DNA of 59,127 nucleotides. It comes from an uncultured Candidatus Bathyarchaeia archaeon (lineage in GTDB: Archaea > Thermoproteota > CALKCG01 > B24 > JAWCPE01). The stretch spans positions 1-59,127 of the forward strand of contig CAYNFI010000007.1 in NCBI GenBank assembly GCA_964396445.1. The letters are read 5' to 3'. The notes beneath the pieces were generated by a model, which saw only the letters and a program-made list of their open reading frames with translations, was not told the origin of the DNA and ran no database searches. The stretch's first letter is position 1; each line of letters starts with the position of its first letter. Shown here one piece after another: positions 39,764 through 50,428 of this stretch. A program made the translations under genes and the position numbers.

Positions 39764-40912
39764 ATGTCCTCCTTAACGTACTTGGTTGGATTAACAGACC
39801 TTAGCCAAATCCTTCCTTCGGGGGAAGGAGACATCGTCGGCATGATCATTCAGATGCTTTTCATCCTCCTCTTCGTCTTCACCATGTTCTACGGTCAGCG
39901 GATGCAGTCTTGGACCATGCTGAGGCATATCGATTCATCCCTTAAGAGGTTAAAGGTTTTAAAGGATGAGGCTAGGAGAATCACGATTGAAACGCTTAAA
40001 GGCTCCGCGAACCTAGACCGCGATATCACCCCTGACATTGACCGGTTCCTCGAATACTTCTGGATACCCCCTAACAACGTAGACCCAGTGGGAATCATAC
40101 CAAAGATCGAACACTTATTGAATGTCCGTGATGAAAGATCGAGGAATGAAATAAAAGCGCTAGTTCCATCTGCTGACGAAGCCCAGATCAGTAACCTGGA
40201 AAACCTCATTGAATACAGCCTTTTCCTAAATACCCTCTACCGGTTAGTCAGACATTACTACATCTACGGTAAAAAGACAATGAGCATCTTCATCATCTAT
40301 CAACTTGAAGCCCAACTTCCTATGATAATACAGGAAGCAGAAGCGGTTATGGGAACTGTTCATGCCTTTCAATTTGGTCAACCGATCGGTGATGGCGCCG
40401 GCGCCCTCGTCGCAGCCAAGCTCATGTATGGCGCTGAGAAGAGGCTTATAGCTAAGGATACGCTGGCTTCATATGTATCTCTTAACGATAGAAAGCTGAT
40501 CGTTTTAAAAGCTCAAGGTCCAGGAGGTAACGTTGGAAAGCTCGGAGATGCCTTAGAGCGAGTTCTTGACGAGAACACGGGTAGGGTTTCAGTGGTGATC
40601 ATGGTCGATGCAACCGTTAAGTTTGAAGGTGATAATACGGGTGATGTCTCTGAGGGTATCGGTGCAGCCATCGGGGGCATCGGCGTTGACAAGTACAAGA
40701 TCGAGGAAACCGTTAAGAAGCATGGAGTTCCCCTCTACGCGATTCTCATAAAAGAATCGATTCAGGAGGCATATACCCTGATGAGGAAAGACATCTATAA
40801 GGGCGTCGACGAAGCCATCAACAGGGTTCGGAGGCTAGTCACCGAGAAAGCAGCGGTTAACGATTTAGTCGTAGTCCTCGGAGTCGGTAACACAGGAGGT
40901 ATTGGACAGTAA
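39764..40912 (+). CDS. DUF1512 family protein
   Basis: N-terminal TM, GQPIGDGAGALVA, KAQGPGGNVG, GVGNTGGIGQ. Confidence 0.75.
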   Translation: MSSLTYLVGLTDLSQILPSGEGDIVGMIIQMLFILLFVFTMFYGQRMQSWTMLRHIDSSLKRLKVLKDEARRITIETLKGSANLDRDITPDIDRFLEYFWIPPNNVDPVGIIPKIEHLLNVRDERSRNEIKALVPSADEAQISNLENLIEYSLFLNTLYRLVRHYYIYGKKTMSIFIIYQLEAQLPMIIQEAEAVMGTVHAFQFGQPIGDGAGALVAAKLMYGAEKRLIAKDTLASYVSLNDRKLIVLKAQGPGGNVGKLGDALERVLDENTGRVSVVIMVDATVKFEGDNTGDVSEGIGAAIGGIGVDKYKIEETVKKHGVPLYAILIKESIQEAYTLMRKDIYKGVDEAINRVRRLVTEKAAVNDLVVVLGVGNTGGIGQ

Positions 40913-40915
40913 ATA

Positions 40916-41332
40916 GTGAGCCGTCGGGGGATGTTTATGGCTGAGGGTAGTCCTAGTAAAGGCGTTGGGGTTCTGACAACCCTCTTCGCCGTCGTCTTCA
41001 TGCTTTTCACGTTATCGATATTTCTTCTATACCTATCAACTGACGCCTACTCTCGTGGAAGATACGATCAGGGACTTTACTACCTTCTCTTCGGAGTTTT
41101 AGGGTTTGCTATATCAACCTATCTTCTCACACAGACTAGGGGGAGGACGATGGCTGTGATGAATCGTAAGCCGTCTAGAACTCTTACATTAATGGAGTGC
41201 ATCCAGTGTGGTTTCAAGACGATCAGAGGTTTCCAGAAGGGAGACTTTGTGCTTAAAGAGGCTGAGAACTGCCCTAAATGCAGTAAACCAATGATTATGT
41301 CATCGGTCTACCTAGATGAAAGAAGGGATTAG
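40916..41332 (+). CDS. Membrane protein with C-terminal Zn ribbon
   Basis: Two TM helices then CIQC...F.KGDFV...CPKC. Confidence 0.65.
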   Translation: MSRRGMFMAEGSPSKGVGVLTTLFAVVFMLFTLSIFLLYLSTDAYSRGRYDQGLYYLLFGVLGFAISTYLLTQTRGRTMAVMNRKPSRTLTLMECIQCGFKTIRGFQKGDFVLKEAENCPKCSKPMIMSSVYLDERRD

Positions 41333-42225
41333 GTTAAGACAGCGCGGTCATCCTTGGTTATCAAGACCGTATGCTCAGCCTGCGTAACCACACAGCCGCT
41401 TCGCTCCCTTAATACTTGGTAGCCTCTGATGAATTTCGAAGCCTTAAGCACATCCCATGCATTCCCAAACCTAAGGCTTGGTTTATAACCTCTAAACCAA
41501 CGTTCGGCGAAGGGGAGGCCACGCCGCTCATCCCAAAGCTTCCTGAGTAGAAGGTCATGGTCTACGCTTCGCTGCTTCCTATACTGAGTGCAGCGGTATA
41601 TCCGTGTATCAGATAAGCCTATAACTTGACCTGAGGCTTCATTTAGTGTAGCGAAGGGTTCGACAGCGTAGACACCGTCGACCTGAAACCGATTCCCATT
41701 TTGGCCGCTGACATTTGGGATGGAAACGCCCGCGTGTATAGTGTATCTCTTAACCTCATGCCCGGAAAGATTCCAAATTGGCTTGAACCCATGTTTCTTC
41801 ACGGTGGGCTCAATTATGTCCCCAATCTGCCCTACATGAACCCCTGGACCGATAGCCTTAACGGCTTTCTCAAGGGCATCTTCAACGGCATACTTTAAGG
41901 CTTCAAACTTTTCGTTGAAGACTATGGTGGTGGCTGTGTCAGCGATGTAACCGTCCACATGGACGCCTATATCAACTTTCACAACTGAACCCCATGGTAT
42001 CACCCTAGGGTCGTCCACTGCCGCCGTGTCATGGGCTGCAACATCGTTTATACATACATTGCATGGGAAGGCTGATCTGCCGCCCTTATTGGATATGAGG
42101 GTTTCAAGCCGCTCACAGATATTAAAAACCTTAACGCCTTCAGTTACAACCTTTTCAGCTTCCATTCGAATTTCAGCAGCGATTCTACCAGCCCTTATGT
42201 AGCTGTTTAGAACGTTCTCATCCAT
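41329..42225 (-). CDS. map: Type II methionine aminopeptidase
   Basis: AFPCN, AAHDT, DIGVHVDGYIADTA, SGHEV, AVEPFAT, QAEHTV. Confidence 0.95.
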   Translation of the reverse strand: MDENVLNSYIRAGRIAAEIRMEAEKVVTEGVKVFNICERLETLISNKGGRSAFPCNVCINDVAAHDTAAVDDPRVIPWGSVVKVDIGVHVDGYIADTATTIVFNEKFEALKYAVEDALEKAVKAIGPGVHVGQIGDIIEPTVKKHGFKPIWNLSGHEVKRYTIHAGVSIPNVSGQNGNRFQVDGVYAVEPFATLNEASGQVIGLSDTRIYRCTQYRKQRSVDHDLLLRKLWDERRGLPFAERWFRGYKPSLRFGNAWDVLKASKFIRGYQVLRERSGCVVTQAEHTVLITKDDRAVLT

Positions 42226-42324
42226 ATAAACACCGTGCGAAGTGTGCTTTAAGGTTACTTACGCCAAGCATCAGACAACCTTAACTAGAAACGGATTTAA
42301 ACTTGACGGATTGAGTCTCAGTAG

Positions 42325-43371
42325 ATGAGCACCGTTACGATTATATTAATCTTTAGCACTCATACCCGCGTAAATCATGTTGGAGGGGTGTTCACGGTAG
42401 ATAGGTTCAAGTTCTTGGTTACGGAGAAGATCGATGAAGCCGGGTTGAAAATTCTCGAAGGTGCAGGTGAGGTCGTCTTCGCCTCCGGGACGTCAGAAGA
42501 AACCTTAATCAGGGAAAGTAGGGATGTAGACGCGATCATCATAAGGGCCTTAGGCAGAATCACCGTAGGTGTTCTCAGCAACGCTTTAAATCTGAGGGTT
42601 GTTGGACGGCATGGCGTAGGCGTCGACAACGTTGATGTTGAAGCAGCGACTAAGCGTGGAGTCATCGTTGTCTATACACCCGATGTAAACAGTGAAGCTG
42701 TAGCCGACCATACCTTCGGCTTAATAATCGCTTCAGCTCGGAGGATAGCTCAAGCAGACCACGCCCTGAGAACCAGAGCAGAGTGGAAGTTCCGGTATGA
42801 GTGTATAGGAACAAATGTATACGGTAAAACACTCGGTATCATTGGGCTTGGGAGGATAGGGCGTAGGGTAGCTAAAAGGGCTTATGGCTTCAAGATGCGA
42901 ATCTTAGCCTACGACCCGTATGTCACCGCCAGCCCTGCCGAGGATTTAAACGTTGAGATCGTAGACCTCAAAACCCTGTTGAGTCTTTCAGACTTCGTCA
43001 CCATCCATGTGCCGTTAACGAAGGAAACCCACGGACTGCTCGGTGAGGAAGAACTCAGCCTCATGAAGAAGGAAGCCTTCCTCATTAACGCTGCGAGAGG
43101 CGGTGTCATCGATGAATCGGCTTTAGTTAAAGCCTTGGCTTTGGGTAGGCTAGCTGGCGCGGCCCTAGATGTCTTTAGTAAGGAACCACCCGACCCCGAG
43201 AACCCCTTGTTTAAAATGGATAATGTGGTAGTCACTCCACATATGGCAGCCCACACAAAGGAAACCTTAAGAGATATGGCTGTCACGGTGGCAACAGACG
43301 TAGTTCAAGCCTTAATAGGCGAAATTCCGAGAAACATCGTTAACCCAGAGGTTTTAGAAGTGTTAAAGTAG
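42325..43371 (+). CDS. D-2-hydroxyacid dehydrogenase (SerA-like catalytic domains, no ACT domain)
   Basis: GVGVDNVD, GLGRIG, INAARGG, DVFSKEP, TPHMA; true start probably near 42388. Confidence 0.85.
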   Translation: MSTVTIILIFSTHTRVNHVGGVFTVDRFKFLVTEKIDEAGLKILEGAGEVVFASGTSEETLIRESRDVDAIIIRALGRITVGVLSNALNLRVVGRHGVGVDNVDVEAATKRGVIVVYTPDVNSEAVADHTFGLIIASARRIAQADHALRTRAEWKFRYECIGTNVYGKTLGIIGLGRIGRRVAKRAYGFKMRILAYDPYVTASPAEDLNVEIVDLKTLLSLSDFVTIHVPLTKETHGLLGEEELSLMKKEAFLINAARGGVIDESALVKALALGRLAGAALDVFSKEPPDPENPLFKMDNVVVTPHMAAHTKETLRDMAVTVATDVVQALIGEIPRNIVNPEVLEVLK

Positions 43372-43542
43372 AAACCTAAACGTTAAAACGTTGTTTTCTA
43401 CGATGAGTTTTGCACCCCTTTGCAAATTGGAAAGTAAATCTTCTATGCTATGTTTATAAGTAGGAGCCTAAACTGTATGTGAAGACCGGTTTCGACGCGG
43501 TGAAAATTACCGTGAAGACTAAGGAGTGGGAAGCGGTGGTAG

Positions 43543-45525
43543 ATGGACCTAATATGGATTCCTTTGGCAGGGGGAACCCTTGCGATGTTCGCCGTCGCTC
43601 TCCTAGCCTGGTCCATCGACAAGGAGCCTACTGGAACGCCGCAAATGCTTGAAATCGCAGGTTACATCCAAGAGGGCGTCAAAGCCTTCATAAAAAGGCA
43701 GTATGGAACCATCACAATCTTTACCGCGTTAATGATCATTCCATTAGTCATCTTTTTTAAAGATATTAGGGTGGTTCTCGCCTTCATATTCGGCGCCTCT
43801 CTTTCCCTACTAGCAGCCTATGTCGGTTTACGGGTTGCCATAAAAGCCAACGTAAGAACCGCCAACGCCGCAGGAATCTCTTCAACAAAGGCATTCACGC
43901 TCGCTTTCAAAGGCGGTGCCGTAATGGGACTCTCAGTTGTAGGATTAAGCCTCCTCGGAGTTACCCTGCTTATTTGGCTCTATCAAGACCCAAACTTAAT
44001 AATCGCCTTCGGCTTCGGTGCCAGTCTAACGGCTCTGTTCGCCCAACTAGGCGGAGGCATTTTCACCAAAGCAGCTGACATGGCGGCTGACCTAGTTGGT
44101 AAGATAGAGAACCGCATCCGCGAAGATGACCCCCGCAACCCCGCGGTAATCGCTGATCAAGTTGGTGATAACGTCGGTGACTGCGCTGGAAGAGGCTCTG
44201 ACCTCTTTGAATCCATAAGCGATGACTATATCACCTCAATGATTCTAGGCACTATACTGCTCAGCCAGCTAGGAGTAAACGCTTTAATGTTCCCCCTAGT
44301 GCTTGGAGCCTCAGGGGTATTAGCAACCATATTAGGAGTACTCGTAATCATAGTTTTGCGAAAGACGAAACCTATCATGTCTTTCAACATCGGTCTCTTC
44401 ACAACCACGATCTTCTGCATACTAGGGGCGTTTCTATCTGTTACAGCGTTGCTTCATGATGTAACCGTGTTCTACGCCGTGGTAAGCGGCTTAGTGGCAA
44501 GTCTCGCGGTTTGCCTAGTCGTACAGTACTATACAGGAGTGAATGGAGGACCTGTGAGAAGAATGGCGGAGTCCTCGGAGCGGGGAGCAGCTATTAATAT
44601 TATCACAGGATTATCCTACGCATTTCAAAGCCCATTCCTACCATTTCTAGTCGTCTTAGCCGTCATACTTTTCTCCTACTTCATAACTAATGGTTCGCTT
44701 TACGGCATCGTCGCAGCGAATCTCGGAACAGACCTAGCCATAGGCATAATCATGTCAAGCGACACCTTTGGGCCTATAACCGACAACGCGGCTGGCATAG
44801 CTGAGATGTCTGGCGTAAGGGTGCAAAATGGAGGAGCACTGGAAGAGCTCGATGCTATGGGTAACACCACAAAGGCTTATACAAAAGCTTTCGCTACGGC
44901 ATCAGCCACGGTGTCTACTATAGTGATCTTCACCACCTACGGTGAAATCGTGCAGTTCCAATCAATCAGCCTCAGTCTTCTAAGCCCCGTCATCCTCATA
45001 GGACTCCTTTTAGGAGCGGCTTTCCCCTTCCTATTCTCTTCCCTCGCGATTGGGGCTACTGGGAAAAACGCCTATCGAATGGTGGACGAAGTGAGACGTC
45101 AACTAAGGGAGAACCCGGCGATCATTCAAGGTAAAGCCAAACCTGACTATGCACGTTGCGTGGACATTGGGACTAGGAAAGCGCTCGTGGGGATGATTGC
45201 GCCTGGTATGCTAGCTGTTGTTGCACCCATCGCTGTAGGACTCCTGCTAGGAAAATACGCTTTAGGCGCCATGCTACTAGGGGGATTAGCTACATCAGCC
45301 CTGCTTTCGCCTTTCTTCACCTTCAGTGGAGGCATGTGGGATAACGCGAAGAAATACGTTGAGAGGCAATTCTGGATGAAGGGAACGCCAACACACACCG
45401 CGGCTGTAATCGGTGACACCGTCGGCGACCCGTTAAAGGACGTTGCTGGTCCATCCCTTAACATATTTATGAAGCTCACAAACATGACCGCGCTGCTGAT
45501 GACCCCTATACTCCTTCTACTTTAA
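43543..45525 (+). CDS. hppA: Membrane-bound H+-translocating pyrophosphatase, predicted K+-independent
   Basis: GGGIFTKAADMAADLVGKIE, EDDPRNP, GNTTKA (Lys at the K+-dependence site), GDTVGDPLKD. Confidence 0.92.
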   Translation: MDLIWIPLAGGTLAMFAVALLAWSIDKEPTGTPQMLEIAGYIQEGVKAFIKRQYGTITIFTALMIIPLVIFFKDIRVVLAFIFGASLSLLAAYVGLRVAIKANVRTANAAGISSTKAFTLAFKGGAVMGLSVVGLSLLGVTLLIWLYQDPNLIIAFGFGASLTALFAQLGGGIFTKAADMAADLVGKIENRIREDDPRNPAVIADQVGDNVGDCAGRGSDLFESISDDYITSMILGTILLSQLGVNALMFPLVLGASGVLATILGVLVIIVLRKTKPIMSFNIGLFTTTIFCILGAFLSVTALLHDVTVFYAVVSGLVASLAVCLVVQYYTGVNGGPVRRMAESSERGAAINIITGLSYAFQSPFLPFLVVLAVILFSYFITNGSLYGIVAANLGTDLAIGIIMSSDTFGPITDNAAGIAEMSGVRVQNGGALEELDAMGNTTKAYTKAFATASATVSTIVIFTTYGEIVQFQSISLSLLSPVILIGLLLGAAFPFLFSSLAIGATGKNAYRMVDEVRRQLRENPAIIQGKAKPDYARCVDIGTRKALVGMIAPGMLAVVAPIAVGLLLGKYALGAMLLGGLATSALLSPFFTFSGGMWDNAKKYVERQFWMKGTPTHTAAVIGDTVGDPLKDVAGPSLNIFMKLTNMTALLMTPILLLL

Positions 45526-45610
45526 AGGCGATTATCCGTAGAAAACGGGTCTTGAAAAAAGTCAAAACATATTTAAGTCTTGGGGATTTATAGCAGTTCA
45601 GGTGATTTGG

Positions 45611-46624
45611 ATGGTGAGACCAAAGGTTTTTGTCACACGGCGTCTACTACCGCCCTACCTCGAAGTGCTAAGGGAGGCATGCGATGTTGAAGTTTACCCC
45701 GGTGAGGGACCTCCATCAAGGATGGAGTTAATGGAGAAGGTAAAGGGTTTAGACGGGCTTCTATGCCTCCTCACAGATAAGATCGACGGTGAGCTTATGG
45801 ACGCTGCTCCCAAACTTGTAGTCGTAAGCACTATGAGTGTTGGCTACGAGCATGTTGATGTACCCGAGGCTACGAAGAGGGGAATATATGTAACCTACAC
45901 CCCAGGTGTTTTAACAGAAGCCACAGCTGACTTCGCATGGACCCTTCTTATGACTGCGGCGCGGAGGATTACCGAGGCGGATAGATTCATCCGCGCGCGG
46001 CAGTGGAAGATCGGTTGGATACCGACCTTCATGCTCGGCAGTGGTGTTTATGGTAAAACTTTAGGCATAATTGGAATCGGTAGGATCGGTGCTGCTTTGG
46101 CATTAAGGGCTAAGGGCTTCGGCATGAGATGCCTTTACTACGACATCTTTAAGCCACCATCTGAGAGGGAGAAAGAGTTGGGGGTAGAGTATCGACCCCT
46201 TGACCAACTCCTTAAAGAAGCGGACTTTGTAAGCATTCATGTGGCTCTGACAAAGGAGACATACCATATGATTGGTGAGAAAGAGCTTAGGCTGATGAAA
46301 CCAACGGCTTACCTGATAAACACAGCCCGAGGCGCGGTTGTTGATGAGAAAGCTTTAGCTAAAGCGTTAAAGGAGAAATGGATCACTGCGGCTGGTATCG
46401 ACGTCTTCGAGAAGGAGCCTATTGACCCTGAAAACCCGTTACTGGAACTTGACAACGTTGTCTTGGCACCTCATATCGCAAGCGCCACGATGGAGGCACG
46501 GTCCAAGATGGCTGAGGTAGCGGCGAAGAACGTCGTAGCCGTCCTTAAGGGTGAGATGCCTCCTTTCCTAGTAAACCCCGATGTACTCAAGGTTAGACCC
46601 TTAGATAAAGCTCGAAGGGTCTAA
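45611..46624 (+). CDS. gyaR: Glyoxylate reductase / D-2-hydroxyacid dehydrogenase
   Basis: PKVFVTR, SVGYEHVD, TPGVLTEATAD, APHIASAT; ATG 45611 with GGTGAT SD. Confidence 0.85.
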   Translation: MVRPKVFVTRRLLPPYLEVLREACDVEVYPGEGPPSRMELMEKVKGLDGLLCLLTDKIDGELMDAAPKLVVVSTMSVGYEHVDVPEATKRGIYVTYTPGVLTEATADFAWTLLMTAARRITEADRFIRARQWKIGWIPTFMLGSGVYGKTLGIIGIGRIGAALALRAKGFGMRCLYYDIFKPPSEREKELGVEYRPLDQLLKEADFVSIHVALTKETYHMIGEKELRLMKPTAYLINTARGAVVDEKALAKALKEKWITAAGIDVFEKEPIDPENPLLELDNVVLAPHIASATMEARSKMAEVAAKNVVAVLKGEMPPFLVNPDVLKVRPLDKARRV

Positions 46625-46644
46625 CCCCTCGGTGGGTTCTAAGC

Positions 46645-47571
46645 ATGTTCGCCGTTTTTCTCTCCCACAAGGGACTCAAGCTGTCCGCGGTTTTCCCTTG
46701 GAAAACCGGCATCGTAAGCTTCATGGCTTACCCCTCTATGATGAAGGGGGAGGGGGATGTTTGCGGTTACCTCCGAACGCTCGCTGAAGACGCCTTCTTT
46801 GAAGGCGTAGAGGTATGTAACCTCACGGATGCCCAGTGGAACTCTGTTAAACCCCTGCTCGCTGAGAAGACGGTTGGTAGAGGTCTGCAGCCAGACCTAC
46901 TCATGGGTAAACTTGACATCAACGCTCTTGAAGAAGAGGCTCGTCAGAAGGCTGTAAACTACGTGATTCGGGAGGTCGATATCGCGGCTAAACGGGGTAT
47001 ACAAACAGTTGCCCTATGCTCAGGCCCAGACCCAGGGGTCGACAAGAGGGGTCAAGCCAAGGAACTCCTCATCGATTCCCTAAACCTGATCTGTGACAAA
47101 GCTGCTAGGCTAAATGTCACCATCCTCATCGAACCCTTCGATAGGGATTATGATAAAAAGCTGCTTATCGGACCTCTAGATGAGGCTGTGGACATCGTGG
47201 ACAACGTTAGACGGAGATATGAAAACATAGGAGTTTTATGGGACTTAAGCCACGCCCCTATGCTTAACGAAGCCCCGGAGGTTTTGGAGAAGGCTAGGGA
47301 CTTCTTGACACATGTACACATCGGATGTGCCAAGCGGGTTGGTGATAAGTACGTGGACAGTCACCCAACCTTCTATACGGAAGGCGCCGTGAACACAGTG
47401 AACGATGTTAAAACACTCCTGAAAACACTGTATAACATCGGTTACAGGAGGATGGTGAGCTTCGAGGTGAGACCTGAGGAGCGTCAGACGAGTGAGGCGG
47501 CCATAAACTGCGCTAAGGGTGTGCTCGTTTCAGCCTATCAAAAAATGGCTTCCGAGGTTCTTTCAAAGTAG
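46645..47571 (+). CDS. Sugar phosphate isomerase/epimerase (xylose-isomerase-like TIM barrel)
   Basis: LIEPFD, DLSHA, HVHIG, DSHP, SFEV metal-binding motifs. Confidence 0.8.
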   Translation: MFAVFLSHKGLKLSAVFPWKTGIVSFMAYPSMMKGEGDVCGYLRTLAEDAFFEGVEVCNLTDAQWNSVKPLLAEKTVGRGLQPDLLMGKLDINALEEEARQKAVNYVIREVDIAAKRGIQTVALCSGPDPGVDKRGQAKELLIDSLNLICDKAARLNVTILIEPFDRDYDKKLLIGPLDEAVDIVDNVRRRYENIGVLWDLSHAPMLNEAPEVLEKARDFLTHVHIGCAKRVGDKYVDSHPTFYTEGAVNTVNDVKTLLKTLYNIGYRRMVSFEVRPEERQTSEAAINCAKGVLVSAYQKMASEVLSK

Positions 47572-47577
47572 TTCGGA

Positions 47578-48654
47578 GTGAGGGGAAGCTTGGTCGGAAA
47601 AGTAAGGCTGGCTTTCCTCGGTTGCGGTTGGATGGGTCAAAGGGTGCACCTACCCAACTTCCTAAAGCTGGATGACTGTGAGATCGTAGCCTTATGTGAA
47701 CTCCGGGAAAAGCTTGGGAAGGCTGTGGCGGGTAAACACGGTATTCCACGTTACTATAGGTCTCATGAAGAACTGATGCCTTTAGAGGACATCGACGCCG
47801 TCGTCAGCATTACAAACGACGACCTTCACGCCCCAATAGCCATAGACCTCTTGAAGTCAGGTAAACACTGCTATACAGAGAAGCCGATGGCCACGAACGT
47901 TGAGGATGCAAGGAGCATGGTAAACGCTTCTGAAAAAGCAGGTAGGAAGCTCATGATTGCCTACATGAAGCGTTACGACCCGGGTTGCATCAGAGCCAAG
48001 GAGGTTATCGATGCGCTAAGGGTCTCACAGGAGCTCGGTCGGATCACTTTCGTCCGCGTCCACGACTTCGGAGGCGAATGGGTCTGCAACATCGATGAGC
48101 CCATGGTCACCACAGATGAAACTTATCCAAAAGCTGACCGTAGACCACCAAAATGGCTTCCGGAAGACCAGGTACAGAGGTTTTACGGTTTTAATAATGT
48201 TTTCTGCCATGACATTAACCTCCTCCGCTGGTTTCTCGGAGACCCAGTTGAGGTTAGGTACTCAATTTTCCACGATGGGTACAACAACTCTATTATAGGT
48301 TACGAAGACTTCAACGTTAGCTTCGAAACCGGTCACATATCATCCAGGTTCTGGGATGAGGAAGTTAAGGTCTATTTCCAACACGGCTGGGTTGACGTTA
48401 AAGTACCCCCGCCCTTACTCCGCAACGTGCCAGCCGATGTTTACGTGTATAAGGCCGGTAGCGTCCAGAGAATGGAAGTCCCATATGCAAGCTGGACTTG
48501 GTCCTTTAAAAACGAAGCTGAACACTTCATCCAGTGCATCCTTAAAGACCAGGAACCCCTAACTAGTGGACATGACTCCTTTAAGGACACAGTGGTTGTA
48601 GAGGCGATTTACCGAAGCTTTCTGGAAGGAACCAGTGTAAAGCTCTTTTTCTAA
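47578..48654 (+). CDS. Gfo/Idh/MocA family oxidoreductase
   Basis: AFLGCGWMG, YTEKPMA, CHDINLL. Confidence 0.88.
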   Translation: MRGSLVGKVRLAFLGCGWMGQRVHLPNFLKLDDCEIVALCELREKLGKAVAGKHGIPRYYRSHEELMPLEDIDAVVSITNDDLHAPIAIDLLKSGKHCYTEKPMATNVEDARSMVNASEKAGRKLMIAYMKRYDPGCIRAKEVIDALRVSQELGRITFVRVHDFGGEWVCNIDEPMVTTDETYPKADRRPPKWLPEDQVQRFYGFNNVFCHDINLLRWFLGDPVEVRYSIFHDGYNNSIIGYEDFNVSFETGHISSRFWDEEVKVYFQHGWVDVKVPPPLLRNVPADVYVYKAGSVQRMEVPYASWTWSFKNEAEHFIQCILKDQEPLTSGHDSFKDTVVVEAIYRSFLEGTSVKLFF

Positions 48655-48855
48655 AATGGCATAGAAAGGGAAGTGAAAAACGTAAATTCACAGAGATAAG
48701 CTTGTGAGCTATATCCTTCTTTTCCGTTGGAAACTACTCTTTTAGGATTGTAAATAAAGTATCTTTGAATTAACCGATGCGCCTATAAACCTGAGGATGG
48801 AAAAAGTTCGGTCTCCTCCTCATGGTTTTGATTAGCAATCATAGTGGATGCATTT

Positions 48856-49323
48856 TTATTGCAAGGCTTGTTTTATTACTTTCTTCAGTCCTTCACAGGA
48901 TTGGTTAAATTCATCAGTATCGTAGATGGACGTAGTCGTCACCTTCTCAGCGATCTTCTCAACCTCATCTTCTCCAAACCTTTGTTTAGCAGCCTCGATG
49001 TTGCAGTGCTTCAACAGGGTTGAGATCCCCTTCTCCGCGCCTGCTTCAACTGCCACGTCAGCGACGAGCTTCTGAAGCCTTTGCTCCTCATCAGCTCCCT
49101 CCATTATAGCGCCTATCGCTATGTCTGCGGCTAATGAACCAGCAGCGTAGGTGACGATGTCGTTTAAATGGTCAAGAACCTTCCCCTTTGAAAAGCCTTT
49201 TCTAAAGAGCGCATCGGTAACCTTCTTCATTACATGCTCTTGAAAAGCAAGGTCGTTTATTACCTCTGTTAAGCTTTTCCTCATAGCGTCTAGGAATACT
49301 CTCTCGAAGGCTTCGACTGCCAT
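48856..49323 (-). CDS. Hypothetical helical protein
   Basis: 155 aa, ATG with upstream GGGTGTG; no recognisable motif. Confidence 0.55.
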   Translation of the reverse strand: MAVEAFERVFLDAMRKSLTEVINDLAFQEHVMKKVTDALFRKGFSKGKVLDHLNDIVTYAAGSLAADIAIGAIMEGADEEQRLQKLVADVAVEAGAEKGISTLLKHCNIEAAKQRFGEDEVEKIAEKVTTTSIYDTDEFNQSCEGLKKVIKQALQ

Positions 49324-49556
49324 ATCCTAATTCACACACCCTCTTAATATTTGGTTATTATGTGGTTTGCACATTGCTTTTAAATCCTACGCTACCAACT
49401 TTAAGGCGTCCATTCAGTCAACTTCCGAGAGACGTGGTAAAACCAAGTTTCTAAGACGTATCAGAAATCCGTGAATCAATTCTCCGTTAATTTTACATTA
49501 GTGTTTAATAACATTAGTGAAAAATGCTTCGACTAGCCGGTTAGGAGGTAAAAAAG

Positions 49557-50147
49557 TTACTCCGTTTTGATAAAGTGGAGTCTCCAAGACTTGATCGGCT
49601 CATGCCAAACCCTCTCGAATTTAATATCTTTCAGTTTGATGATGAAGCCTTCTACGTACTCTTTCACTATGGTTCCTGGGAAGAGATGTCCACCATAGGC
49701 GTTTCCAGCATGGTCTGCTACGGCGATGTGGATGTGCGGCATAAGCTTTCCCTCTTCAATCCCGATTGTACCACTTCCTGAAACAAGTTCCAGTCCTGTC
49801 GGTGTTGTGACTGTATTTACATGGAATACCCCCTTGTCCGAGAGGAAATAGCCTATGGAAGCTCTCCTGATCGTTCCCAGCATAGCCGGTATGATGGCGG
49901 GGTAAATTTTATCCTTGTAGACCTTAGCCTTCAGGCAGTTGTAGAGGTCTCCGCCCGAGTCTACCCTCCAAGCCACGATCTCCTCAACCTGACATGGAGA
50001 GGAATCGATATGCTTAAGGTAATACTCAAGCGGCTTCTTTGTTACGGAGTTCGAGGAGGTGTATGCAATCCCATCCCCTAAAGTCCTTTCCTCTTGCTCT
50101 ACCTGCTCTAACTCCCTGATCTCTTCAACCAAATCCTTCGTCACCAT
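49557..50147 (-). CDS. DUF296/PPC-domain protein with N-terminal extension
   Basis: GLELVSGSGTI, PHIHIAVAD, AYGGHL. Confidence 0.8.
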   Translation of the reverse strand: MVTKDLVEEIRELEQVEQEERTLGDGIAYTSSNSVTKKPLEYYLKHIDSSPCQVEEIVAWRVDSGGDLYNCLKAKVYKDKIYPAIIPAMLGTIRRASIGYFLSDKGVFHVNTVTTPTGLELVSGSGTIGIEEGKLMPHIHIAVADHAGNAYGGHLFPGTIVKEYVEGFIIKLKDIKFERVWHEPIKSWRLHFIKTE

Positions 50148-50428
50148 GATACACGGGTAGGAAGCCGTTTAAAACGGTTATTCACATTTTCAGGATTATT
50201 TAAAGGCTTCAACTCTTTTCTCTTTTCTGACATAACTAGAATAGGCTTGTTCGCTTGAAGACACTGACAAGTAAGAGAAACCATATTTACCAGGTAACCA
50301 AACATCGGGTTAGTACAGGTGAAAAAGGTACTCTAACCATCCTGTAAACTAGTGAGTTAGACTGAGTGTAGTCCATTCCTTTAAAGGCTTAAGCTCTTCA
50401 ACATCGTTATTTTATAAACGGGGTTTGA

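Noticed and set aside
49495-49519. Direct repeat ACATTAGTG x2 (16-bp period)
   Set aside because: Only two 9-mers in AT-rich intergenic DNA; could be a regulator site but not supportable.
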